From a virus (lineage: Duplodnaviria; Caudoviricetes): 64,000 bases of DNA. Made by a program: the position numbers and the translations under genes. Where the stretch lies: IMG/VR virus record IMGVR_UViG_3300037851_000671, positions 1-64,000 of that record. One strand, 5' to 3'. The notes under the pieces are model-generated. The model did no database searches and was not told the origin of the DNA. It saw only the letters and a list, made by a program, of their open reading frames with translations. Shown piece after piece: positions 21,001 through 29,427 of this stretch; the first letter of the stretch is position 1; every line of letters starts with the position of its first letter.

Positions 21001-21664
21001 CGAGCTTAGTCAGCAGGCTCACCCACGTGGTAGCGCAGAGATCCCAGGCAAGCTTGACACGAAGCCATCCGTTGAGTCCAAGTTCCACGTGTTCAAGGAC
21101 CTCAAGGAGCAGATGCTTGATCTGGCTCACATGCCACCAAAGGTTCGCAAGCAGGCTGAGGAGATTCAGCGCTTGATAACGGCCGGACAGCTCAAGGTTG
21201 CCGACGTTGGACAGCTTGCTTCCTTCGGTGTTGATCAGGCAGCTATTGCATTCTGGAAGGAGCTGTATGGTCAGGGCGATTCCAAGAGCAAGGAGTTCGC
21301 AAAGGAACTGACTTCTGAGCATGAGACTCAGAAGCGCGCTGAGGATGCCCGTATATACGAAGCCCGTGTAAAGCGTGCTTATGACCTGGCTTACGAGATG
21401 CGTGAGAGAGGAATGATTGAAGGCAGCCAGATGAAAGAGCAGGTTGACGAGATCATGAAGTGGAATGATGACGGATTCACCTCTGTAAAGAGAATGATTG
21501 GTCGTCAGCCAGTGGTCAAGCAGGCTTCTGTTCCGATGGTTGGTTTGCTTCACTCCGGTGATGTAATTCTCCCAGCTGCTGGTGCTTTCTCGGCATCCGG
21601 CGGAAATGGCGACGGTGATATCAAGAACTATTTCGACAGCTACTTCGCTAACAAGAAGTTCTAA
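18065..21664 (+). CDS. Prohead maturation protease fused to a long scaffold-like region
   Basis: HK97/assemblin-type motifs PLCLDH (His), NVSMG (Ser) and IELSLVVNGADPKA; Cys/His cluster CTEAGC..FCAH; C-terminal acidic, coiled-coil and Pro/Ala segments. Confidence 0.85.
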   Translation: MTLIKLGEAVQLDPRSLRSVDAFAGDVDLDIDGKMYKFAQQLKVIAPQAKDFLYFTCVMMHAAEAALLNDDGSLKKHADGRPVSAGWENTPNGGVKWICSDPGIRAYKNNNNDIFPELELKTAYKKWVGRPLCLDHKSDSVDKIRGVIVDTVWDDKRKRVIALCALDKKNYPDLADKVSSGVAANVSMGTAVGRAVCTEAGCHRVARTEKDFCAHMRSKTCYGEINLDLAPIELSLVVNGADPKAKVKHVIAQDLGKAAELLTDYLSLKESAKKVSTQDLASIKRDLAHLSDKLAQLENGDENDSGVVEVSKATRTPASVNIHSTEKTASEEDEIPPYASELQKAILRAHTKIASLQDNFNRLSSVSKSEEQNMSTKRAYYQGTVEPKPGDTMYQPDPLADKARLMDKHLHGPGAFPDVGDVEGMYPGITQDDKDLKKTLQRLADEEERAMFREAALKKAKEQLMKRHAYIQGTTEPNAGGVTYKPDPLADKAREEDKHLEGAPPFPGVGKVDGLYDDDLATKEKLSRAGLRARFEKVAFPDGRLNKAASRWEVYAGNKLVLAATVDQITKGNARHLYEAVATKRFGESLLSRIKTEGFQATANAMLKSAADPAPAADPAAPAPAPAAPPAGDAPGLEPPKDVDAAAPANVPDIAKDIQDLGDELVQKANDLVEASGSVDKDAKNLEGVPEAGADEFKAAEQGKPQKDAALQSMRKTVNGMLRDGIRETAGNLLSHAKELHTAREVYLTSYASMSPQQRQYLNALTVDAVQDARALLAETTKLMGAVIKYAYGTAELEKRAGANSQGALMSYAEDDENDAKKGKNPFAKKDEDDKKDDDEDSKKCKDDENDLSDSDINDLMKSLSDEDDCGYMDENDLVPQTANKPATPQPAIPPGQGKPAPGPAPTPVPAPAPAPQDEDDLFKFDDENDLFADDDADADDNDSVKLDVDDAGKIGISTAAGRAALRTKIAKDGLLGFNELSQQAHPRGSAEIPGKLDTKPSVESKFHVFKDLKEQMLDLAHMPPKVRKQAEEIQRLITAGQLKVADVGQLASFGVDQAAIAFWKELYGQGDSKSKEFAKELTSEHETQKRAEDARIYEARVKRAYDLAYEMRERGMIEGSQMKEQVDEIMKWNDDGFTSVKRMIGRQPVVKQASVPMVGLLHSGDVILPAAGAFSASGGNGDGDIKNYFDSYFANKKF

Positions 21665-21685
21665 TACACCGAGCTAAGGAAAGGG

Positions 21686-21717
21686 TTGTGGGGACTGGCG
21701 GATAGCTAGTCCCCCAA
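21686..21717 (+). other. Intergenic stem-loop (no U tract; stabiliser or weak terminator)
   Basis: ggggact (21690-21696) pairs with agtcccc (21708-21714). Confidence 0.6.
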
Positions 21718-21748
21718 TCTTGATATCTTGAACAATAGGAGAATTTCA

Positions 21749-22675
21749 ATGAAATTTGACATAGCTAATAACATGAACCAGATCCTTGGCAGCCAAGAAT
21801 ACCGTAAGGTTTTTGAGCGTCCAGCTTTGCAGAAAAAAGCATCTTCACAAGAGGCATCAGGCCTTGAGTCTTTGGCAGCCGAACTGTCCAAGATATCTGA
21901 GAAGCTTGACAATGCTGGTTTGGAAGAGGGTGCAAAAACAGCTCTTAAGGCAGTTGCAGCCATGATGAAAGAGGCCCGTTCCAAGAAGGCGTGGCAGGAT
22001 GAATCTTCTGATGAGGGAGATGTCAAGATGCCAGCATGGAAACGTGACTTTTATTCAGACCCAAACAGGGTTGATTTCAAAGACCCAGAAGACATAGAGG
22101 TAGAACCACTTACTGAGGACGATCTTGACGGTGAAAAACTTCTCAGGATGGAGTTGAAGCCACGTGAACCAGAGGAACTTGATATTCCTGGTGATTCACT
22201 TGTGCAAATAACACCAAGAAAGCCAATTGATGATCCTGTTGGAGAGATGGTTGGCGAGCCACAGTTTGACATTGCGGATGTTGTTTGTGATGACGACGAT
22301 GATGTTCCAACAAACAAGGCAGCTTTCTTGAAGGCAATCGACAAGGCAATTTACCGTCAGGCGTTTCTTGATGAGATAGAGCGCGCGATTTTGGTTGTTG
22401 AAGCTGCTGATAAAAAGAAGAAAGCAGATCCAAAGGCTGAGGTCAGGAATCGTCCAGCACCAGTGTTTGATGCCAAGCACCCAAAGGTAAAGGACAATAA
22501 GGACCACTTCCCAATTGATACGATTGGAAGGGCAAGGAATGCATTGGTCAGAAGTCATCAGTTTGATGGCGCACCTCCATGGTGGAAGGGTTCCTTGAAG
22601 GAGCTTCAGAACGCTGTGGCGAAAGCGGTACACGGCAAGTATCCGGCCATTGGAAAGGAAGACAAGAAGAAGTAA
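21749..22675 (+). CDS. Putative internal head protein
   Basis: ATG 21749 after AGGAGA; QKKAS, SKKAW and YRQAF motifs; helix LSKISEKLDNAGLEEGA. Confidence 0.75.
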   Translation: MKFDIANNMNQILGSQEYRKVFERPALQKKASSQEASGLESLAAELSKISEKLDNAGLEEGAKTALKAVAAMMKEARSKKAWQDESSDEGDVKMPAWKRDFYSDPNRVDFKDPEDIEVEPLTEDDLDGEKLLRMELKPREPEELDIPGDSLVQITPRKPIDDPVGEMVGEPQFDIADVVCDDDDDVPTNKAAFLKAIDKAIYRQAFLDEIERAILVVEAADKKKKADPKAEVRNRPAPVFDAKHPKVKDNKDHFPIDTIGRARNALVRSHQFDGAPPWWKGSLKELQNAVAKAVHGKYPAIGKEDKKK

Positions 22676-22709
22676 TGCGGGCGCTTGAGCAGCTTATCAA
22701 CAAAGGAAA

Positions 22710-22922
22710 ATGATGAGAGATTTTTCACAGAGTTTAGAGAACGCGATGGCTGCAAATCTATCTGGGGCCAATGTAAAGTTGGCCTCAGAAGAGAGCGCTA
22801 TCAATCATCTTGAGAAGGCTCATAACATCTTGATTAATGCTGGATTTGAAGAGTATGCCAGTGATGTTGGTAAGATTTTGTACTCATATGCTAGCATTGG
22901 GGATATAGAGGTGGAACTATGA
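22710..22922 (+). CDS. Small putative internal head protein
   Basis: VKLASEE; helix LEKAHNILINAGFEEYA. Confidence 0.75.
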   Translation: MMRDFSQSLENAMAANLSGANVKLASEESAINHLEKAHNILINAGFEEYASDVGKILYSYASIGDIEVEL

Positions 22923-23260
22923 GATGGAACAACCTTTCCGGTGATGAGATTTTTGAGGCAATGGAAAGGATTGGTTTATCAAAAGTTGCATCTGAAGATT
23001 CAGCTGATGACGAGGCGATAGTTTCGGCATTGGAAGAGTTGGACGCAGCGGCTCAGAGTTTTGAGGCTGCTGGATTAGTGAGACAGGCTAGGCAGGTTTC
23101 TGAACTTATGACAGTGGTAGCAGCAAAGAAAAAACCACCGGTAAAGAACAAGCCAGCAAAAAAAGGCGTAAGTGAAGAGGCCAAAAAGGTACTTAGGATG
23201 TTTGGTTTTTCTGATAAAGACCTTGAGGGCCATGAAACAGATTCAGACAACCTAAAATAA
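22919..23260 (+). CDS. Small putative internal head protein
   Basis: LSKVASED; helix LDAAAQSFEAAGLVRQA. Confidence 0.75.
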   Translation: MRWNNLSGDEIFEAMERIGLSKVASEDSADDEAIVSALEELDAAAQSFEAAGLVRQARQVSELMTVVAAKKKPPVKNKPAKKGVSEEAKKVLRMFGFSDKDLEGHETDSDNLK

Positions 23261-23270
23261 GGAGATACAC

Positions 23271-23540
23271 ATGAGCAGCTTGAAGAAAATCGCAATGATC
23301 GCCGCAAAGAAGGCAGCAATCGAAACCTATCGTTCCATCATGAAAATGGCCGAGAGAGCCAGGGATGAAGCGGGCCTTTTGCAGTATACAGCCGAAGAGC
23401 TTGGTCAGATGAGACCAAAGGGCGAGACTATGCAAATTGGAAATCCAATTGGTTATGGCTACATTGGAACTGAAAAATGGAACGTTTACGGCGCACCTTT
23501 GAACAAGGATAACGTAGCACTTCTTTACAAAGCAATGTAA
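23271..23540 (+). CDS. Leader-paralog A (shared 28-aa leader plus unique cargo)
   Basis: MSSLKKIAMIAAKKAAIETYRSIMKMA; RBS AAGGAG. Confidence 0.8.
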   Translation: MSSLKKIAMIAAKKAAIETYRSIMKMAERARDEAGLLQYTAEELGQMRPKGETMQIGNPIGYGYIGTEKWNVYGAPLNKDNVALLYKAM

Positions 23541-23557
23541 TATGCGATAGGTAATGT

Positions 23558-23962
23558 ATGTCAAAGATCAAAAAGATAGCAATGATCGCAGCTAAAAAGG
23601 CTGCAATCGAAACATATCGCTCAATCATGAAACTGGCCGATGGTCTTTTTGAGGCTAAGCCAATACTTGATGTAAATAAACAACCTACTGGACATGTTGA
23701 CGAGGATGAATTACTCTCATTCTTGAGAAACAACGGTGCCAAAAACGTTGCTGAAACTGTTCGTGGAGCAGATATGGGAACGGATGGCGAAAAGGTTCTG
23801 AAGGACCCGGCAACTCTTAAAAGAGAATGGGCCGGAGTAAAGGGTAAAATTGGTCCAAAGACCACAGCTATCATAATCCAGAGGGTATATGATAATACTG
23901 GCAACGAAGTAGATCCTGCCACAGGTAAAAATTATCCAAAGGTAGATCTCAAACAACCATAA
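23558..23962 (+). CDS. Leader-paralog B (shared 28-aa leader plus unique cargo)
   Basis: MSKIKKIAMIAAKKAAIETYRSIMKLA; the cargo contains GKIGPKT, reminiscent of PG-binding motifs. Confidence 0.8.
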   Translation: MSKIKKIAMIAAKKAAIETYRSIMKLADGLFEAKPILDVNKQPTGHVDEDELLSFLRNNGAKNVAETVRGADMGTDGEKVLKDPATLKREWAGVKGKIGPKTTAIIIQRVYDNTGNEVDPATGKNYPKVDLKQP

Positions 23963-23983
23963 CCAACAAATAGCAACGTCGAT

Positions 23984-24016
23984 AAAGCCCCGGCCTAAAA
24001 TCCGGGGCTTTGTTGT
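23984..24016 (+). terminator. Probable intrinsic terminator
   Basis: aaagccccgg-cctaaaat-ccggggcttt followed by gttgt. Confidence 0.75.
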
Positions 24017-24052
24017 TATATCTACCATTATAGCCTATAGGAGATAGCACAG

Positions 24053-24748
24053 ATGACACTAAAAATAGTTCAAGTAGGTAACTCACTTCCAGTATCATAC
24101 CCAGTTGATTCAAACGCAGAATTTGAGCCTGGAATGATTGCGCAATTCAAGTTATCAGGAAACCAGATTGTTGTTGGCGTAAGCGACGGACGCGCACCAT
24201 TTGGCATTATAGACGATTACAAAACAAGGGCATTCTCAGCACCGTCCATTGATGAAGAAGTAATTGCCGTTGCCCCTGCTGTTATTGAGCAGGACGGAAG
24301 GCTGGTTACTGCCACCGATGTGAAATGGGAACTCAAAAATCCAAACGTAATTCCGCAAAGCTTCGTAACAAGCCCGGTTGATGTTCACTTGAATCCACGT
24401 AATGGAATCGTGACTTTCCCGGCAGGAACGCCATTGAACTTTGATGATAATGGTGATGGTCTTATGGATTCAATCAGAACGGTTGTAAGCTATACCTATC
24501 AGATTCCCAACATATCAGGAGATGACTCTACTCTGGCCAGCGGTAAGGTTACGATATGGTTCCAGAGAGGAATATTCCAGACTGATAAGTATGAGACAAA
24601 TCAGAGGTATCCATTGAATGCTATTCTGTTTGTTTCTCCTAATGGTATGCTTACAACGGAACAGCCAAGCGAAGAACATCCTGGTGTTGCGATTGTGACC
24701 GGACCTCCAACAGCTTTGTTCAGCACCCTTGAATTTGAGTGGTTGTAA
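24053..24748 (+). CDS. Head decoration/cement-like protein (paralog 1)
   Basis: Shares GVSDG..PFGII, ASGKVTIW and LFVSPNGMLT with 24752 and 33107; beta-rich. Confidence 0.65.
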   Translation: MTLKIVQVGNSLPVSYPVDSNAEFEPGMIAQFKLSGNQIVVGVSDGRAPFGIIDDYKTRAFSAPSIDEEVIAVAPAVIEQDGRLVTATDVKWELKNPNVIPQSFVTSPVDVHLNPRNGIVTFPAGTPLNFDDNGDGLMDSIRTVVSYTYQIPNISGDDSTLASGKVTIWFQRGIFQTDKYETNQRYPLNAILFVSPNGMLTTEQPSEEHPGVAIVTGPPTALFSTLEFEWL

Positions 24749-24751
24749 TCT

Positions 24752-25153
24752 ATGTTCAAGATAGTTGAATGTGCTTTTACACATCCAATAAGGATGCCAG
24801 TAAAACCAGGAATACGAATAAGTGCTGGGCACATAGTTAGAACTATTGATTACAAAAATCATGTTGTTGTTGATATTAGTGATGGGTATAGTTTTCTAGG
24901 AGTGGCCGGCAACAGGTGTAAGGGCGGGGCAGAAGTTGACTATGGGAATGTGGTCAAGATTTTCCCACAGCGCATGGTGTTGAGAATTGACAAGTATGAC
25001 AAGAAGTACCCAATGGGAGCGGGAAGCTCGTTGTATGTTGGGTTCGATGGAATTCTGACTTCAAGGAAGCCGCATGAAAGAGCGGTTATTACTGCCAAGG
25101 TGATATCACCAGAAACAGAAGAGCGGAAGTTTATTGAGATCTTGTATTTGTGA
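24752..25153 (+). CDS. Head decoration-like protein (paralog 2, compact/diverged)
   Basis: DISDGYSFLGV, IDKYD and LYVGFDGILT align to 24053. Confidence 0.6.
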   Translation: MFKIVECAFTHPIRMPVKPGIRISAGHIVRTIDYKNHVVVDISDGYSFLGVAGNRCKGGAEVDYGNVVKIFPQRMVLRIDKYDKKYPMGAGSSLYVGFDGILTSRKPHERAVITAKVISPETEERKFIEILYL

Positions 25154-25224
25154 AGATGCTGGTAACAGTGCATAAGTTCACATTCAATTGATACCTTGTT
25201 GGGTATGTTGTATAAAGGTGTTTC

Positions 25225-25551
25225 ATGGTAATGGACGAAGTTTGGAAGGAATTTTTCACTGACCATCAGACCGCTCGCGCACTGGATAGCTCAGAGGTTT
25301 TCCGTGAATATGCGAGAGCTGAGTTAGCTCGTGATGAGTTGAGGAAGCGTGCCCAGGCTCAAAACAGCATGGACGCCAGAATCCAAGAGCTTAACGAGAT
25401 AGAAGAGATGAATCGTAAAGTGGCTAGCGATCCTGCGCTTAAAGCGAAGCTTCGTCAGGCACGTGATTATCTTGAGGAGCATCCAGAGGCAGTGGCGGGT
25501 GTTGATCAAAACTTTGTTCGTGGACTGAGCCTACTTGACCTTGAGGACTAA
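25225..25551 (+). CDS. Putative internal head protein
   Basis: SEVFREYAR motif; LRKRAQ site. Confidence 0.7.
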   Translation: MVMDEVWKEFFTDHQTARALDSSEVFREYARAELARDELRKRAQAQNSMDARIQELNEIEEMNRKVASDPALKAKLRQARDYLEEHPEAVAGVDQNFVRGLSLLDLED

Positions 25552-25554
25552 AAC

Positions 25555-27357
25555 ATGAAGATTGGACTTGCAAAGCAATCATTTCAGAATCTATACGGCT
25601 CCGAGGTATATCGTGAGCTTGAGCGTCAAGCTGTGCGCAAAGGACACTTTGAGCCAACACCAGCGGAGCAGGTTAAGCTTGCATCCAATGAGCTTGCCAT
25701 ATCGAAGCGTGTGAATGCAGAGGTTGATCTGACACCTAGCAGTGACCTGTCACAGGACATTGCCAAGCTTGCCCATGCTCTTCGTCGCAAGGGATACGTC
25801 AAGCAAGCTGAGGATCTTGAATCAAACTTTGTGTTGTTCAAGCAGGCCGAGACAGCTTTGTACAATGTCAACAACGAGAGGGCTAAAGAGCTTATGGAGA
25901 TGGCGCATTCCGATGGGGATGTGGACATTGTTGATGGTGGGGAGCTTGGGGAGATTGAGACAATTCAGAGCGCGGCGGATAAGATACTTGCCGTTGTGAA
26001 CAAGAAGCCAACGGGGAAATTGGCTTCGATGGCAGCTCTGATTATGAAAAGGGGAGAGGTGCCAATTGGACCACCAACCGCTGAACAGGCAGCTGCTGCG
26101 ACAACTACCGGAACTAAAGAGCGTTCCTTGAAGATTAACAAATCAGAACGAGAATGGTCACAAGAACTGGCAAAAGTGAATGCGGCTCTTGGTACCATAG
26201 CAGCGGCCATACCAGAACAGCCAATACCAATTAGCAACAGTCCTTTGGAATGGGATGAAGCTGCAACACAAAAGTTTAGTGTGTATAGTGGTATTAGACC
26301 TGATGTTGCAAAAAAAGGTGTTGATGCAATGAGGAAAGCCAATGCTTCTGGTGTTTTGGAACATGGTGGTTTTTCACTTAATGCACAGTATGTCAAATCT
26401 ATTATCTATAAAGATCCAATGACTAATACTAATTTCATGGATTTTGTTAGGTTCCTTGGTGTTGACCCAAATTATTTTGGCGCCAATGGAGAAAAGGGTT
26501 GTTTTAGCTACTGGATGGAAGACCCAGGTGCGGTAGAGTTGATAAAAGGTATTTTGGACTGGAGTAACCCATTAGGAGTATACCAAAGGATATTTGGACA
26601 AGACGAGGTAAACAAATCTCCTAAGTCCATATACTACCAGACAAGAGTAGTGTATGGACAGCCAGGTTTTATACCTCGTGTTGAGGCTAATATACAAGCC
26701 CTAACCAGCGACATAATTGCAATATTCAACGGCATAATACAAGCTGCCTTTGGAGGCGATGGTGTAAATATAACCAAAGCACAGCAGATTATGAAATCTG
26801 ATTTCGACAAGATTAGACAGTCTGTTTCAAAAGCATTGACACCAGATGTTGCAAACGAAAGTGGAAAATTCAACGTACAAAAAGCACAATCAGTCCTAAG
26901 TGAACTTGATAAAAACCAGAACATCATAACAAACAACAATGATGCTTTTGAGAGAATAAAGGCAACAGATACTGGTTTGGCTACCAAACTACAAGGCGCT
27001 ATAGCTTCTTTTGGTAAGGTTTTGGAAAGTTCTGTGTCTAAAATGCGTGAGTTCAGTAAAGTCGGGGACGAAAATGTTGTGGCTTATATTGCAGAACTTA
27101 AACAGTGGCAAGATCTTTGGAAGCGTGTTGCTACCCACGCTGCGGCAACTGATGAAGAAAAAATGATTTCTAACAAGAACAAAGATGCAATTGATGATGC
27201 TTTGGCAGCAATTCAGACCGGAGATTTTGGCGAAATATCAGATGGTCTTGGGTTGAATATCAAGAACATGAAAGATTTGAACAATTACTTTGAGACAAGT
27301 ATAAGGACGCCTGGTTTGGACAATTATTTGAAGGTTCTAGACAAAAAGGTGAAGTAA
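25555..27357 (+). CDS. Putative internal/ejection protein
   Basis: SEVYRELER; KLAS and KQAE sites; the N-terminal domain aligns with 30675. Confidence 0.65.
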   Translation: MKIGLAKQSFQNLYGSEVYRELERQAVRKGHFEPTPAEQVKLASNELAISKRVNAEVDLTPSSDLSQDIAKLAHALRRKGYVKQAEDLESNFVLFKQAETALYNVNNERAKELMEMAHSDGDVDIVDGGELGEIETIQSAADKILAVVNKKPTGKLASMAALIMKRGEVPIGPPTAEQAAAATTTGTKERSLKINKSEREWSQELAKVNAALGTIAAAIPEQPIPISNSPLEWDEAATQKFSVYSGIRPDVAKKGVDAMRKANASGVLEHGGFSLNAQYVKSIIYKDPMTNTNFMDFVRFLGVDPNYFGANGEKGCFSYWMEDPGAVELIKGILDWSNPLGVYQRIFGQDEVNKSPKSIYYQTRVVYGQPGFIPRVEANIQALTSDIIAIFNGIIQAAFGGDGVNITKAQQIMKSDFDKIRQSVSKALTPDVANESGKFNVQKAQSVLSELDKNQNIITNNNDAFERIKATDTGLATKLQGAIASFGKVLESSVSKMREFSKVGDENVVAYIAELKQWQDLWKRVATHAAATDEEKMISNKNKDAIDDALAAIQTGDFGEISDGLGLNIKNMKDLNNYFETSIRTPGLDNYLKVLDKKVK

Positions 27358-29426
27358 TGAAAAAATTAGGAACACCAACAGTTACCAAATTGCCAGGTAT
27401 GTCAGGAAAACAACAGGCCCCACAAGGTGGGGGCGGCGGTCCTGGCGCAGCTTCGACCAGAGGGGGCGGAGGCAGAAAAGCATCCGATGAGCAGAAAGAC
27501 ATAGTTCGTTCTATGCAAGTCCTCATGTTGAATTTGTCTACTGGTATACAAAACAAACTAGCTGACAAAATAAAGGCTGGCGCCGTGATAGCTGGTTTAC
27601 CAAAAGGCAACAAGCTTACGGTTGATGGCCTGAAAGTAGAAGCTGGTAAAATCGGAAGGACATCTAGGAGTTTTGCAGGTGCCGCTCCAGAAGACGGATT
27701 GTGGTCAACCAATACCCAGCAAGCTCTTTTGACCATTAAAAACCTGGCAGCATCGGTTGGTGCTACTGACATTTCTATCAAAGAAGGTCCAACCTATGAT
27801 AAGGGCACGGACAATGAAATAAAGCAAAATGCCGAGTATAACATCACAAACATCTCAAGACTTTTTCAGGTGTTTGGTCTTGATATACCACATGAGCTTC
27901 GTGGGTCTGGAATTGCCGTTGATAAGGTTGACTGGCTTCCTGATGTAATCAACGAGGATGGTCTAGAGAATTGGTGGACAGTTTGGCAGAAGGGTAAAGC
28001 CCTTATGATGCAAGACATCGATAGCATTGGTTCTTTCTATGCGTTTTTAGTTCCAAGCGGTCCAAAACTTGAAGGTGTTGATTGCAAGCCTCTTGAAGGA
28101 TCTCCTCCACCGTCACAGGGCGGAAACCAAAGGTCTGCCCAACCAGACGAGAGAAAAGGAGGTCCTCAAAAACCAACCACACGCCCATATGAAAGTCACC
28201 TTCCAAATCAAACCGGACCACAACAAGCGCCTCCAACAAGTGGAGAAGGAAGTGTTGTTCCTGGTAGTGGTGGCGCTCTTCGTGGTGGGGCATCTGCAAG
28301 AGCTTCTTTAGATCAGAATAGCCTTGTCGCTCTAGCTGAGAAAATCAAGAGAGCCAGCATCATTCGTTTGGGTGATGAAGAGACTGAAAAAGATGCTCAG
28401 GAGATGGACGAAGAAGAAGCCGCTGACAATGCGTATTTCGACTCTGATGAAGACGAAACGCCAGGTGAAAAACCAGACACAAACCCATCAAGTGCTGCTG
28501 GTTTAGGCAACGCCATGAACTGGGACTCTGCTGATTTGTGTGTCAATCAGTTTGACCTTATCATCAGATGGCTGGCCACACGCGCCAACAGCATGTTGAA
28601 CAAGCTCCTGTATCTTTCCAACCCAAGAGTTGGTAGGAATCATCCGGGCACCAATCAGCCTATCAATCCAAAAGACATTGAAGTTGCTCGCCGCTATGTA
28701 GACCAGACAAGAATGCTTTGGGCTCAGTGGCAGCGTGCAATGCCAGCTCTGATTGCATACATCAAAAAACTGGCTGAAAAAAATCCTGAACTTTGGCAGA
28801 AACCAAGGCTCAACCAGGCCATGTTCTCCAAAGCGGGAAGCATGGGTGGTGGAGAAGGAGGCGGCGGAATGTGGGGTCTCTATGGAGGTCCAGGTGGCGC
28901 CAACAGAAGAGGCGGCCGTTGGGGCAATAACAGAGGCGGTCAGAGAGGGGGCGGTGGTGGAAGCTACGGCGGAAGTCACTCTGGAGATGGCCCAATCGAT
29001 CCATCAATGAGTTTCACAGACCTTATCCGCAAGGGATATGCGCTTCCAGAAGAGAACGCAAAGGACGTTGATAACCTCAATAACACCGAGGTTCGTATTG
29101 GTGATTGGCTTGGGGATATGAGTTGGCAAGCGTTGACACAACACTATCGTCTACAGAGCGAGACAGAGCTTGCTGAAGAAGCTAACGTCAGCCCTGAGAA
29201 GTTCCAGATTGTGGCCCGTAGGATTGGGGATATCATCAATGGTTTCTTCAAGATGTGGAGAAATTCAGAACCACCGCCAGATGAAGCCGAAGCAAAAGCA
29301 CAGTCGGCAATGTTGGCAAGGTGGATGAGTGCAATTAGAAGTTCGTACAGAAATGCATCAAATTCAATGAGCCAAAGCTACTATGGAAGAAGGTTAGACC
29401 CAACCAAACAGCCACGTAGGTGGTAA
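27357..29426 (+). CDS. Putative internal/ejection protein, Gly-rich
   Basis: 689 aa; IKRAS site followed by an acidic stretch; EDGLWSTNTQQAL (PG-binding-like); GG-rich/RGG segments. Confidence 0.6.
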   Translation: MKKLGTPTVTKLPGMSGKQQAPQGGGGGPGAASTRGGGGRKASDEQKDIVRSMQVLMLNLSTGIQNKLADKIKAGAVIAGLPKGNKLTVDGLKVEAGKIGRTSRSFAGAAPEDGLWSTNTQQALLTIKNLAASVGATDISIKEGPTYDKGTDNEIKQNAEYNITNISRLFQVFGLDIPHELRGSGIAVDKVDWLPDVINEDGLENWWTVWQKGKALMMQDIDSIGSFYAFLVPSGPKLEGVDCKPLEGSPPPSQGGNQRSAQPDERKGGPQKPTTRPYESHLPNQTGPQQAPPTSGEGSVVPGSGGALRGGASARASLDQNSLVALAEKIKRASIIRLGDEETEKDAQEMDEEEAADNAYFDSDEDETPGEKPDTNPSSAAGLGNAMNWDSADLCVNQFDLIIRWLATRANSMLNKLLYLSNPRVGRNHPGTNQPINPKDIEVARRYVDQTRMLWAQWQRAMPALIAYIKKLAEKNPELWQKPRLNQAMFSKAGSMGGGEGGGGMWGLYGGPGGANRRGGRWGNNRGGQRGGGGGSYGGSHSGDGPIDPSMSFTDLIRKGYALPEENAKDVDNLNNTEVRIGDWLGDMSWQALTQHYRLQSETELAEEANVSPEKFQIVARRIGDIINGFFKMWRNSEPPPDEAEAKAQSAMLARWMSAIRSSYRNASNSMSQSYYGRRLDPTKQPRRW

Positions 29427-29427
29427 T

